Virus record (IMG/VR): IMGVR_UViG_3300008113_000003 | Location: 62,001-126,000 of that record | Reading direction: 5' to 3' (one strand) | DNA: 64,000 nucleotides | Shown here: positions 34,801 to 42,384 of the stretch, in pieces | Numbering within the stretch: position 1 is the first letter of the stretch | Layout of the letters: each line of letters begins with the position of its first letter | The notes under the pieces: generated by a model | The model's input: the letters and a program-made list of their open reading frames with translations, nothing else | The model's database searches: none | Told to the model about the DNA's origin: nothing | Program-made: the position numbers and the translations under genes

Positions 34801-36911
34801 TTTCTATTGTAATATCTATAAACAGATAGATCAAATATCTTATCTGAAGCTAAATAAACCTCTAATTCCTTAGAGTTAATAACTAATTTAGAGTGTGGTT
34901 CATAGTATTCAGTATACCCAACAGAGTCTTCTGATAACCTTAAAACCTCTTCAGTGCTATAAACCCAAGATTTTACGTTATCGGTATATCTATCAACCGT
35001 AAACATACTCACACCACCTCTTTTTTCAAAAGCTTGTATGTACTGTTTACCGAAATCATATGGTCCGAAATTTTTACCGTCATTTGTTGTTGTAAACCCA
35101 CTTTCTTGGTACCTAACATCATGCGGTACTGTTGGATAACCATCTTTATCAAAAGGTAATAATGTTAGTAACGTTTCATCTGAATAAGCCCCACGGTATA
35201 TTTCAAAGGATTTGTCTGTGAAGTTAACTGGGTTTCTCGCAATGTATACCTTTTCATCTATTTCAAAAATAGAATCTGGTAAACCAACTAAATTTAAAAT
35301 AAACTCAATTGATTTTCTGGTTCCCTTTGATTTCCACAGATAATAAGCGTTTATAAAGATTCTTCTCCATAGCTCAATGTCAATTTCAGCTGGAGTTAAC
35401 CCAGGTTCAACATTAAGATCCTTAATGTTGAATAGGGATTCGATGATAGTGTTCTCATCCTCAACATTATAGGTCTCAAAACCCAACATGTTACCAAAAT
35501 TTTTAACCAACAAATCTGGAATGTTCTCAATTTTGTCATAAGTTAAATTTGTCATGAAGGTTATACCATCAATGTATTTTCTTATGTTATCGAAATTCCT
35601 ACCAATGAGACTAAACATTAGATTTATTTTTCTATCATCGGTGTCAAACTCCTTTAAAGAATCTGTTGTTAAAAATCTGGTAATCAGATTTGTTTTTGTT
35701 GCATCAAAATCATCCGATATCTGATTTAATTTTGTCAAATAAGCATCAAAATCTGTTGTAAAAATATCGATGTTAGTTTCATCTAATTGTGGGAATACCA
35801 GGTGTTCTTCTGTGTTTAATCTTGCACCAGAATCTGTTACTTTTGTATACCTAATAACCGATGAATAAACTTTTAGATCATAGTTATAATCCATCAAAAA
35901 TTTACCCATGTCGGATAAACTATTTTGGAATTCATCGAATTTTTCTAACGAAGGTTTTAACCAGAATGTTGTGTTAACCGTTTGGTTATTATTAACCACA
36001 CTACCAAATGGGTTACCCTGTACAACCAAATATATACCATTATCGGTATCAGTTTGTGAACTAGGTAATGTTACATTTAATATTTTATATTCTGTGTCAT
36101 TAAAATAAACAACAAAGTCGCTATAGCGTTTAGAAAAGTTCCTAACTGGATTTATATTTTCTTCGTCAGTAATAGTTGTACCAGTTGCTGTAAATTCAAC
36201 GCCAAAAGGGTTATCAATGTTATTTAAGTTTATCTTAAATTCAGAGGTATCTTTGTTACTGTTGTAACTATAATCTGTTACTGTTGGTGATAACAAACCC
36301 AAAACATTTAATTTGATTGATGCTGGGTATTTTTGTGATATCTCAACAATAGTATTTTTAACCGTTTCTTTTAGTGGTGAATATAAAACATAATTTTCAA
36401 GTTTTTTCTTATCAAAAAGAATGGTTACTGTTAAATTGTTTTCAATCTTAGCGTTAATAGATTCAACTAAATTAGTTGATGACTGTGTATTCCTGTTTGG
36501 GTTTAGGTTATTAATCGATTGAGCTGTGTATGATCTTGTTTCAGGACTAATATTTGCGGTTTTACCCTCAACTGGTCTTTGTGAAACACTTGTATTAATC
36601 GAAAAATTACCTAAAGTAAAGAATGGGTCACCAGAAATCTCATTATTATTGTTTGCAAATTGCAAACCAACCGCTTTATCACCAATGTTACCCCTTCCAG
36701 ATATAGCATTTGGGACACCTTGTCTTTTTACAAATCTTAGTGCCTGTTCATAGGCCAAATACGTTGCACAGGGCACATATTTATTTTGCCCATTAATATT
36801 ATATGTTCTGTATCCATTACAGCCTAGACTAGCCGAAGCTGCAAGAGCCGCTTCTGGTGTATCGTATAAATCAGCTATTAACGGTGTGTTTGAGTAACTA
36901 AGATTAGCCAT
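28893..36911 (-). CDS. giant baseplate wedge/receptor-binding protein (2672 aa): P2 gpI/T4 gp7-like core with accessory domains
   Basis: IPDLLV...G...ELWRRI...YLWKSKGTRKSIEFIL (gpI-like KGT motif), three CUB-like repeats, and CBM5/12-like WxxxxxYxxGDIV motifs. Confidence 0.75.
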   Translation of the reverse strand: MANLSYSNTPLIADLYDTPEAALAASASLGCNGYRTYNINGQNKYVPCATYLAYEQALRFVKRQGVPNAISGRGNIGDKAVGLQFANNNNEISGDPFFTLGNFSINTSVSQRPVEGKTANISPETRSYTAQSINNLNPNRNTQSSTNLVESINAKIENNLTVTILFDKKKLENYVLYSPLKETVKNTIVEISQKYPASIKLNVLGLLSPTVTDYSYNSNKDTSEFKINLNNIDNPFGVEFTATGTTITDEENINPVRNFSKRYSDFVVYFNDTEYKILNVTLPSSQTDTDNGIYLVVQGNPFGSVVNNNQTVNTTFWLKPSLEKFDEFQNSLSDMGKFLMDYNYDLKVYSSVIRYTKVTDSGARLNTEEHLVFPQLDETNIDIFTTDFDAYLTKLNQISDDFDATKTNLITRFLTTDSLKEFDTDDRKINLMFSLIGRNFDNIRKYIDGITFMTNLTYDKIENIPDLLVKNFGNMLGFETYNVEDENTIIESLFNIKDLNVEPGLTPAEIDIELWRRIFINAYYLWKSKGTRKSIEFILNLVGLPDSIFEIDEKVYIARNPVNFTDKSFEIYRGAYSDETLLTLLPFDKDGYPTVPHDVRYQESGFTTTNDGKNFGPYDFGKQYIQAFEKRGGVSMFTVDRYTDNVKSWVYSTEEVLRLSEDSVGYTEYYEPHSKLVINSKELEVYLASDKIFDLSVYRYYNRNAVDINSDLNFAFVPTINGGDLTFNQFLQKSLDNYIKPDNRKTIKTYPTLTKIYYDYLNSVSSPMTNTKDLEFLSYFDSSWVKLVQQFTPATTILNAGKKIQNSKFMDNKFIYKHGLNNSVSWLGTDGSEFQELAKRPVNQGLTNPFNPIGTNKLPIVGESSTFTFEGFKGKNYIGYDPTINEYFGFYYGIEDACNSDVQIYKWEDGLDFGNDLLYYGNVNKGNVPSFGIGDNTVGPNYYPISKQITLPGSGDYLLTFKYTSNDDLVVYNGPNNGSPLLANLPYTSGSTLTYSSVVTAGTSSLSFYNDLNYGSDCYISDLFVIPLTETQKNGTFITYDNKLYRLNTNTLFINPIQINTYPEFRKSYVLLDAGYDTDTITLPNGPGTYKVTFTLEGLDDLLIYDGYISGTQLDGISGLSGTTRTYSKDLTFTTNYFTIWNMRNFPNDVEITDLVLMQKHTPDSLTVNGEMVYEYIPFDADAKTLTFKDSNTILLTPDPIVGNTHVVKLPEGPGTYQITFTTNTGDDLTIHDGKTTAGTTLVSEGGGSGIVNHSSSITSTTGYLTFYNSGYFGSTNKIIDLKLDGVPLDATSIDERNYYIEAISFGHAHLAADVDFLCPIPKPHTCYFKFTGDTISMSTAGITDYYDESGKYLTIEQAKYYGYSKNTATTKPNNALYGAASNWIIPYQKENIWTNGVVYYKGDIVKHSSTYYEVTFDTVTGTTTTPTGTTVTTVVPGMYQHYTGRTTTDPYMHINSAYLKKNLINPLSDRISFNLTKSLYLYQVYSGATDQETYKVIDNLLNDELYISDSNTLSFDGFYSLDEDKLGPFYTPDENSIATQTLVESLELIPDKNNYIDFESLNTNFNIVNRNISLSNGYFLIKQNKYFKFDIDLFFESEFATQQSVLIKLMDQFGVIIYEQLFNFSGADESLLRVVNFTHEGVFFVDTKVYLVIEPIGKSCKLSRYETIDIDYANETTYDSLDDPRFRVYFNGGRGLINNHYFEDALSIEPIGYNDDHTIDRYLTKIDNSFDRYQFVHKLNINQSYDEVNNFGLLYGKYFEKNKATSQIGDVSIYEKNFNNDYVDFELTVRGKELTNTPTYYSDSVQIYYSFPGLEKSYTITSTGNYLGNTPQTIENVNITKSIFIGKTPKLRTANLNKLDYTFLKLYKNDVEVTGTTIDFIGYDEGLADYNQLDFNTNLSESLISKKRYKLISGSTYGYFKKENSVYGTKLYKDILAVVPYFSSSVNNYVINDIVKIKLNDYRKVVETTSGTTVETIDVDRLYVCIEDITADHLCKISGSSSTFEIHPIYRPNGARTCFIPIENYDLKRFTPIGYDKLPNYEIVKPNVAPYRYSEPILLNGSPTQKLNLGDIAKVYISGSGSTAIYDLYEYVYNKPLTWDPTNDYFAGEIVYYPGSNFSIDSKYSFWYNPTGTTAGTSPTGGTGWYEMPITGANANNPFWTKDITGVTTNPNLYSLGPSAYRVKNLLPTTANSGGYTYSLPFTGSTNILIADMFYTTLPGDTNTISENSDILSYFRITGSTLNYTGTTDSLMTFSGTQDTNLIQNSYTLTQVVPSFLSPLLCGQVLWMYINGPFNIQPMFHRLARTTEDNGILGFIATGTTYNSNSNYHSKKYTVSRNVLYRTVNGVGSFSTTTEPHLSTNWEERDFMLVNKFTFKKDRCKVKIYEGKIESLDTTTKNNLYFFDKNLKLKTSFTEQTFSGATTNAKLLNGVNKLFDAKNTNLRSVKEYGLTGFRRIENDIIMDYYYERDDNGLPLTGEFIGGLTITNPCGHTAKTIFGVLFEADLTKLDQLKPRIMTAPPLPENVELITGFKPEVRLIINQNGASNVTVIVENNTSNSTLYNRVLTKNKYFDENIVVNYGESITISVKTDVTRNLSRYKSGFMDNYALFDTNDNGIENGYFVSTKTNVGRLITRTIKLKDISEGRVVKIDFDGANNLTIDTVDPRDYISLP

Positions 36912-37800
36912 TATTTCCTACTATGTTGTTTAACCCTTTTGTTGTGTCTATATTATTTCTTCTTGTTCTAACTTCATACAATTTATTGTCTGTAGTATCT
37001 TTAATCTCATATAAATCATATTGAGCATAAATGTTACCATCAAAATCATACAAGGTATAGATACCATCTTCCATTGATTTGGTTTGATCTGAGTATAAGG
37101 CAATTGCCAAACTTTCAGCGTCATAATTAACTAATTCAACCTCAAGTATTTGTGGTGTAAAACTAGTGTTTGTGATTATAACATTTTGACCCTTGTAACC
37201 AATAAATGGTGTTGCCGTTGGTTTAAAACTTGGGGCAGCGTTTGGTGTTACTGTGCAAAACAACAGGGATCCAACATTATTGTAAGTATATTTAATTGTT
37301 TTTACCGAGCTATTCGGTGTGTCAACTTGTACTGGTTCAACAATAAAAGATGACGTTACAATTCTATAGATATTTGATTGTTTACTACCATTTTCATTTA
37401 AGTATTCAACCCTATACCCGTCTAAACCGTTATTAGTAAACTTACTTCTAAATTCAGTGGGTACATTTGTTGTGTTAAAAACAAGGCCCTTAATATCTGG
37501 GAATGTTGCCAATTCAGCACAATCCTCAATCTGTAATCTTATTTGAGCTGGTCTAATGTAAACGGTATAAAAACCTTTTGCATTAAAAACAGTTTTAGGT
37601 AACTCTAAATTATACATACCACCTAACACCTCAAGTGGGTTAGTTGGGTCAAGTACCTGTTTCATAACATCGGTACCCTTTAATTTTGTAATTGTTTGGG
37701 TTTCAGTTGCATTTCTTGTTTTACTATATAAAACAATAACTTCTATATCTGAAGGGTCAACATCCGCTGGTCTTTTAACACCATATACACCAATTGCCAT
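36904..37800 (-). CDS. putative baseplate structural protein (298 aa)
   Basis: Within the baseplate operon and overlapping the next gene. Confidence 0.7.
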   Translation of the reverse strand: MAIGVYGVKRPADVDPSDIEVIVLYSKTRNATETQTITKLKGTDVMKQVLDPTNPLEVLGGMYNLELPKTVFNAKGFYTVYIRPAQIRLQIEDCAELATFPDIKGLVFNTTNVPTEFRSKFTNNGLDGYRVEYLNENGSKQSNIYRIVTSSFIVEPVQVDTPNSSVKTIKYTYNNVGSLLFCTVTPNAAPSFKPTATPFIGYKGQNVIITNTSFTPQILEVELVNYDAESLAIALYSDQTKSMEDGIYTLYDFDGNIYAQYDLYEIKDTTDNKLYEVRTRRNNIDTTKGLNNIVGNNG

Positions 37801-37802
37801 AT

Positions 37803-38591
37803 TTATTGATCTTTAAAATTATATCCTCTTGTGTTTATTTTGTAGTACCCAAATCCTGTTTTTACCAATTCATTTAAATCTTTAACATTTTTTAGTTTTC
37901 TGATTGGTTCAAACACATTATTTGTTCCTCTGTCTATAAATACTTCAGATAAAACTTTTGGTTCATCAACCATGTCAGAATAATAATTTAATCCTGGTTT
38001 AACCGTCTCATCCAAATTATTTCTCATATATTTAAATATAGTATTTCCAGTGGCATTATCAACATAAAATATGGGATTTGGTGTATCTAAATACAAAACA
38101 TATTCAATTCTAGCGTCAGATTCCAATAAAATCATTCCAACCACATTAGTACCACTTATTTCTATCCTTTTACCAACCCTAATATTTTCTGGTGCGGGTT
38201 TTTCTATGGTACCTTTACCGTCAACAATTTTAATAGGTTTATCGGTTCTTTCATTTTCAAATTGTTTTAAAGCCACATTTTTAGGGTAACTAAGATCCAA
38301 TAAAGAAAATTTACTATCTGTAACACCTTCTATGAAATATTTTTCGGTAGAGGGTAAAAAATGATTTTTAACTTCCTCAAAAGTTGATATGTTATTTTTA
38401 TTTGTAACATAATTTTTAGTCGGTTTACCTTTTGCGAATAGTTCGTTATCGGTTATTGTAGCTTCAATTTGTGCTATCCTATCGTTAGATTCATATTGAT
38501 ATGGTAATACAAAAGAACCATTTGGGTCAATTCTTGACTCAAGGTAAACATTAATTACTTTATCCTTACCATTTATTAATATTGTTGCCAT
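37803..38591 (-). CDS. putative structural protein (262 aa)
   Basis: Operon position; C-terminal SEVFIDRG...E...KL. Confidence 0.65.
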   Translation of the reverse strand: MATILINGKDKVINVYLESRIDPNGSFVLPYQYESNDRIAQIEATITDNELFAKGKPTKNYVTNKNNISTFEEVKNHFLPSTEKYFIEGVTDSKFSLLDLSYPKNVALKQFENERTDKPIKIVDGKGTIEKPAPENIRVGKRIEISGTNVVGMILLESDARIEYVLYLDTPNPIFYVDNATGNTIFKYMRNNLDETVKPGLNYYSDMVDEPKVLSEVFIDRGTNNVFEPIRKLKNVKDLNELVKTGFGYYKINTRGYNFKDQ

Positions 38592-40720
38592 TATTTTAAA
38601 TCAATGTTAATTGGTATTGTTATTTTTTCTGTTACTGACCCATTTGAATTTAATTCACTGTAAACAATAACTAATGAACCTTTAATATTCATCTCTTTTA
38701 TTATCCCAGAATAGAATAATCCGTGTTGCCCAAAAACCATATCAAGTGAAATAATCATTTCTTCCTCATATAATAATTTTTTAGAGCTAGTTGTTGCAAC
38801 TAAAGCAAAAGTTTGCTCTTTAAAAGATGGTTCTGTTACTAATTTTTGTGAAAGATTCTGTGTTGTATATTCATTACCTGGCCCAGAAAGAGCACCGTTT
38901 GGATTAACTGACCCTTCTAATATACTCATGTTAATAAAAGACCTCTGGTAAAGATTGTTGTAAACATCTTGGTTGTGTGATAAAGATGTTTCTTGAGTCA
39001 CCTCATCTGAGTAGACCTCAAAATCGTTACTAAATAAAGTTTCTAGATAATTAAAAGTCTTTTTATTAATTGTTTTTGGTAAGACATAAGCCTCACTATA
39101 TAAATCACTACCTGTTGGGAAATTCTGTATCTCATACGAAAGATTTGCAGTGGTTGTTAAATCAATACTTTGTTCGTTTGAGGTAAATTTTATGTCCTCT
39201 AAAATAATACTATTAATTAGGAAATCTGACCCCTCATTTATGTTTTTTAATTTAATAGCTTCTATCGATCTTTTAGACCCTCTTATATTCGTTGACCCAC
39301 ATTTTATATCTCTTATATTTAATAAACCAATAGTTTTTACATCAATATTTGTAGCTTTTTGTAAAAGATACCCCTGGTAATTACCTTGTGATATATATTT
39401 TGTGGTGACTAGCATGTATCCATAATCTGGGTCATCCACCCAGTCGGTTTTTTCTTCTATTTTAACATCAACCGCCTCAGTTTCAGTAATAAACCCTTCT
39501 TTAGCTGTTAAATATTTTGTGTCAACTAAATAATAAGGCCCAATTATTTTTTCTTTAAATGGTAATATGTTTGTGTAAACCGATACTGGTTGTGTTGGTG
39601 TAACATTTGTTGGTTGCTCATTTTTAACAAAAAATTTTGACCAGTAATCATCATAAGCAAATTCATACAAATCAACTTTGTCAACTTCTATGTCAAATTT
39701 ATCCGTTGTATTATTTAAGTCAAAAATTTTATATTTTTTTGATGAAAAATCTAATTCATATTTTAGGTATAGACTTTTTTGATCGAAAGTTTCAACGTTT
39801 TGTAACCACTTCTTTTTATTGTTACTTTTTGCTGAAGGTATAAATTCTATTTTTCTACCGTTTAAAGCGTCCCAAAAATAAAATTTTGCATAAAAATCAG
39901 ATTTTATGTATTTTTTTAAAAAGAAAAATGAATAACCGTCAACACCCTCAGATAAATTAAATACGGGTCTTTTTTGTGTGATTCCCTCTGTCGTAACCGA
40001 TTCAATTATATTGCCAAACTCATCAAGTATGTTGTAGCTCCTAGTTTCCCTTTTCTCTTTAAAAAGATATCTATCAGAAGCGTAGATCGGTATTGTTGTT
40101 ATTCTTTTTTGTTTTTCAACTTCATAAGTGTCGTATATTTCTATGATTAAAAAAGAATTATACAAATATGTCTTATTGTTAAAACCGTATTTTAAATCAA
40201 CCCAGATATCTTTTTTATCCCAGAAGGGTAAAGCAAATGTGTTATAAAAATGTGGGTACCCTGGTTTTGCTGGGTAATTTTTTCTTAGCTCAACCATTGG
40301 GTCGACAACCACGTATGGTTTAATATCATTTATTTCACTTCTAGTTAATTCAAGAGTGTCATCAAATTGCGGTGTCATTAATCCATCTTCATTTCTAAGC
40401 TCAAATAATTCGGTTTTAATAGCAGTTTTTGATGATATTACTTTATTACTGTACTCACTAAATGGTGTCTCAATGTAACTTTTTATTTGCTCAATCTCAT
40501 CGTTTAAAAGATATCGCAAAAAAAAGATATCAAATTCAATGGTATTATTGACATGTTTATATTCAATTGATTCGAAATCAATCACATCATTAATATTATT
40601 TAATGATTCAATATTCAATGTTTTTTCAAAAACAAAGTCGGTATCAGAAGCATTGTCTTCCGAAAAAACAAATAAATTTGTCACCAAAGATGTGTTTTGT
40701 TTAAAAGGTTTTTTTAACAT
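38591..40720 (-). CDS. putative structural protein (709 aa)
   Basis: Operon position; coupled to neighbours on both sides. Confidence 0.65.
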   Translation of the reverse strand: MLKKPFKQNTSLVTNLFVFSEDNASDTDFVFEKTLNIESLNNINDVIDFESIEYKHVNNTIEFDIFFLRYLLNDEIEQIKSYIETPFSEYSNKVISSKTAIKTELFELRNEDGLMTPQFDDTLELTRSEINDIKPYVVVDPMVELRKNYPAKPGYPHFYNTFALPFWDKKDIWVDLKYGFNNKTYLYNSFLIIEIYDTYEVEKQKRITTIPIYASDRYLFKEKRETRSYNILDEFGNIIESVTTEGITQKRPVFNLSEGVDGYSFFFLKKYIKSDFYAKFYFWDALNGRKIEFIPSAKSNNKKKWLQNVETFDQKSLYLKYELDFSSKKYKIFDLNNTTDKFDIEVDKVDLYEFAYDDYWSKFFVKNEQPTNVTPTQPVSVYTNILPFKEKIIGPYYLVDTKYLTAKEGFITETEAVDVKIEEKTDWVDDPDYGYMLVTTKYISQGNYQGYLLQKATNIDVKTIGLLNIRDIKCGSTNIRGSKRSIEAIKLKNINEGSDFLINSIILEDIKFTSNEQSIDLTTTANLSYEIQNFPTGSDLYSEAYVLPKTINKKTFNYLETLFSNDFEVYSDEVTQETSLSHNQDVYNNLYQRSFINMSILEGSVNPNGALSGPGNEYTTQNLSQKLVTEPSFKEQTFALVATTSSKKLLYEEEMIISLDMVFGQHGLFYSGIIKEMNIKGSLVIVYSELNSNGSVTEKITIPINIDLK

Positions 40721-42384
40721 TTTTTATCTGTATAAGTTTTAAATGAATCATCATTAGTATCGTCATTATTATCACCAAATAAATCGTCCGTAACATTTCT
40801 TATGTAATCCACAGTGACGTTAACCGAATCAATATTTGTTATGTCATTTACATTTAAAACGTATTTTTTGGTTTTATTTTTTTCACTTAAAACATGAAAA
40901 TTTAATTTTTGGTACGCATATCTACTACCATTTAAAAACGGATAATCTATTAAATTACCTTCGTCATCAGAAAAGCCGAGATCTAATATATCTTTCCAAA
41001 TAAATTTATCGTTTTTTCTACTGTAAACAGCATACGGTGGTATGAACTTATTTGAGGCTGAGTCTTCTATATATGTTGATTTTAATCTTAATTTTATTTC
41101 ATAAAATGGTTTGTACTTGAATATCACATCATTATGGAAAAAATTATGCATAATCGGTGATATTAGTGTTTCGGTTAACAATTCAGAAGAATATTCGCAA
41201 ATGCCATAATCTAAAACATTATTTAAATCTGGTTTATCGGAAACTTCCGATGTTGATTTTTCGGCCACTGTTTTTATACCCTCTCCAGGGTTTGTATAAT
41301 CAATTAAATAATTAAAATTTGACTCAACACTCTCAAATACTTTTTTTTGTGTTGACCCGTTTTTTATGATACCTAAATAACATTCCGTTATTGGTTCGTT
41401 TTTGTTATCATATAAATTTGTTATATCAAGATCATCAGTAAAGTAATAGTTAATTAAACCATTATTATATAGATTGTTTGAAAATCCACATTGATCGAGA
41501 TCTTCCGATATTGAAACAATTTTTAATTGTTTAACATAGTATTCTAAAACCTCGTTATCAACAACTTTAGACATAAAAAATTTAGGGTTTATTAAATCGT
41601 ATGGCGCTGGTCTCGGTTTTTTTAAAGCGTTTAAAATAGTTGTATCATCTTTTGTTTGAACGCTCCTTATAACACCAGTATATGCGTTTTGTTGTGTTGT
41701 TGGTGTTGGTACTGCCGCAGCTATAGTATTTAAATTTGGTAAACTTTGTCTATCAACAGGTTTTGCCTCAAAAAATTTTTTGTTGTCCATAGGGAAATCT
41801 ATGGTTATTTTATTACCGTCAACATTTATAACATTATAAGTTCCAGTTTCTAGTTTTGCTGTATCTTCACTCCTAATGTAAACTGTATCACCAACTAAAA
41901 AATTATGTTCAAAATGTAATAAGAATGAAAAGTTTTTACTGGGGAATTTTATATTTGGGTATAAAACACTTGCGGGTAAACCTTTGCTTAGGTCAATATC
42001 AAATATCTTATTTTTATTATCTGTTGATGTCGTGTATTTTATTGAATAACTTTTTTTACCTTTTAAACCATTAAATTTAACTGGTATTGCTAAAACAACG
42101 GACCAGTTTTCTTTATTAAACAAAAAAATGTTTTTATTTACGTTTATTTTTACACTCCTATAATATACGTCTCTTGAGATAATAGGTGATATGGTTCCAT
42201 AAACTTTATATTTTAAATTTTCATTTTTTTCTTTAACATATTGGTCATCTTGCGATACATTAGTAAATAAATTATATTCATTTCTAACCATAGCTGGTTG
42301 CTCTAGTATCACCCTAGATTTTAAAGTTTCGTTGGCTCCACCAAAAAACTTATTTTCACCCAATACTTCAATAATATTACTCAT
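40714..42384 (-). CDS. putative structural protein (556 aa)
   Basis: Operon position; HNFLVGDTVYI...GTYNV beta-barrel motif and WKDILDLGF.D...DYPFLNG. Confidence 0.65.
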   Translation of the reverse strand: MSNIIEVLGENKFFGGANETLKSRVILEQPAMVRNEYNLFTNVSQDDQYVKEKNENLKYKVYGTISPIISRDVYYRSVKINVNKNIFLFNKENWSVVLAIPVKFNGLKGKKSYSIKYTTSTDNKNKIFDIDLSKGLPASVLYPNIKFPSKNFSFLLHFEHNFLVGDTVYIRSEDTAKLETGTYNVINVDGNKITIDFPMDNKKFFEAKPVDRQSLPNLNTIAAAVPTPTTQQNAYTGVIRSVQTKDDTTILNALKKPRPAPYDLINPKFFMSKVVDNEVLEYYVKQLKIVSISEDLDQCGFSNNLYNNGLINYYFTDDLDITNLYDNKNEPITECYLGIIKNGSTQKKVFESVESNFNYLIDYTNPGEGIKTVAEKSTSEVSDKPDLNNVLDYGICEYSSELLTETLISPIMHNFFHNDVIFKYKPFYEIKLRLKSTYIEDSASNKFIPPYAVYSRKNDKFIWKDILDLGFSDDEGNLIDYPFLNGSRYAYQKLNFHVLSEKNKTKKYVLNVNDITNIDSVNVTVDYIRNVTDDLFGDNNDDTNDDSFKTYTDKKC

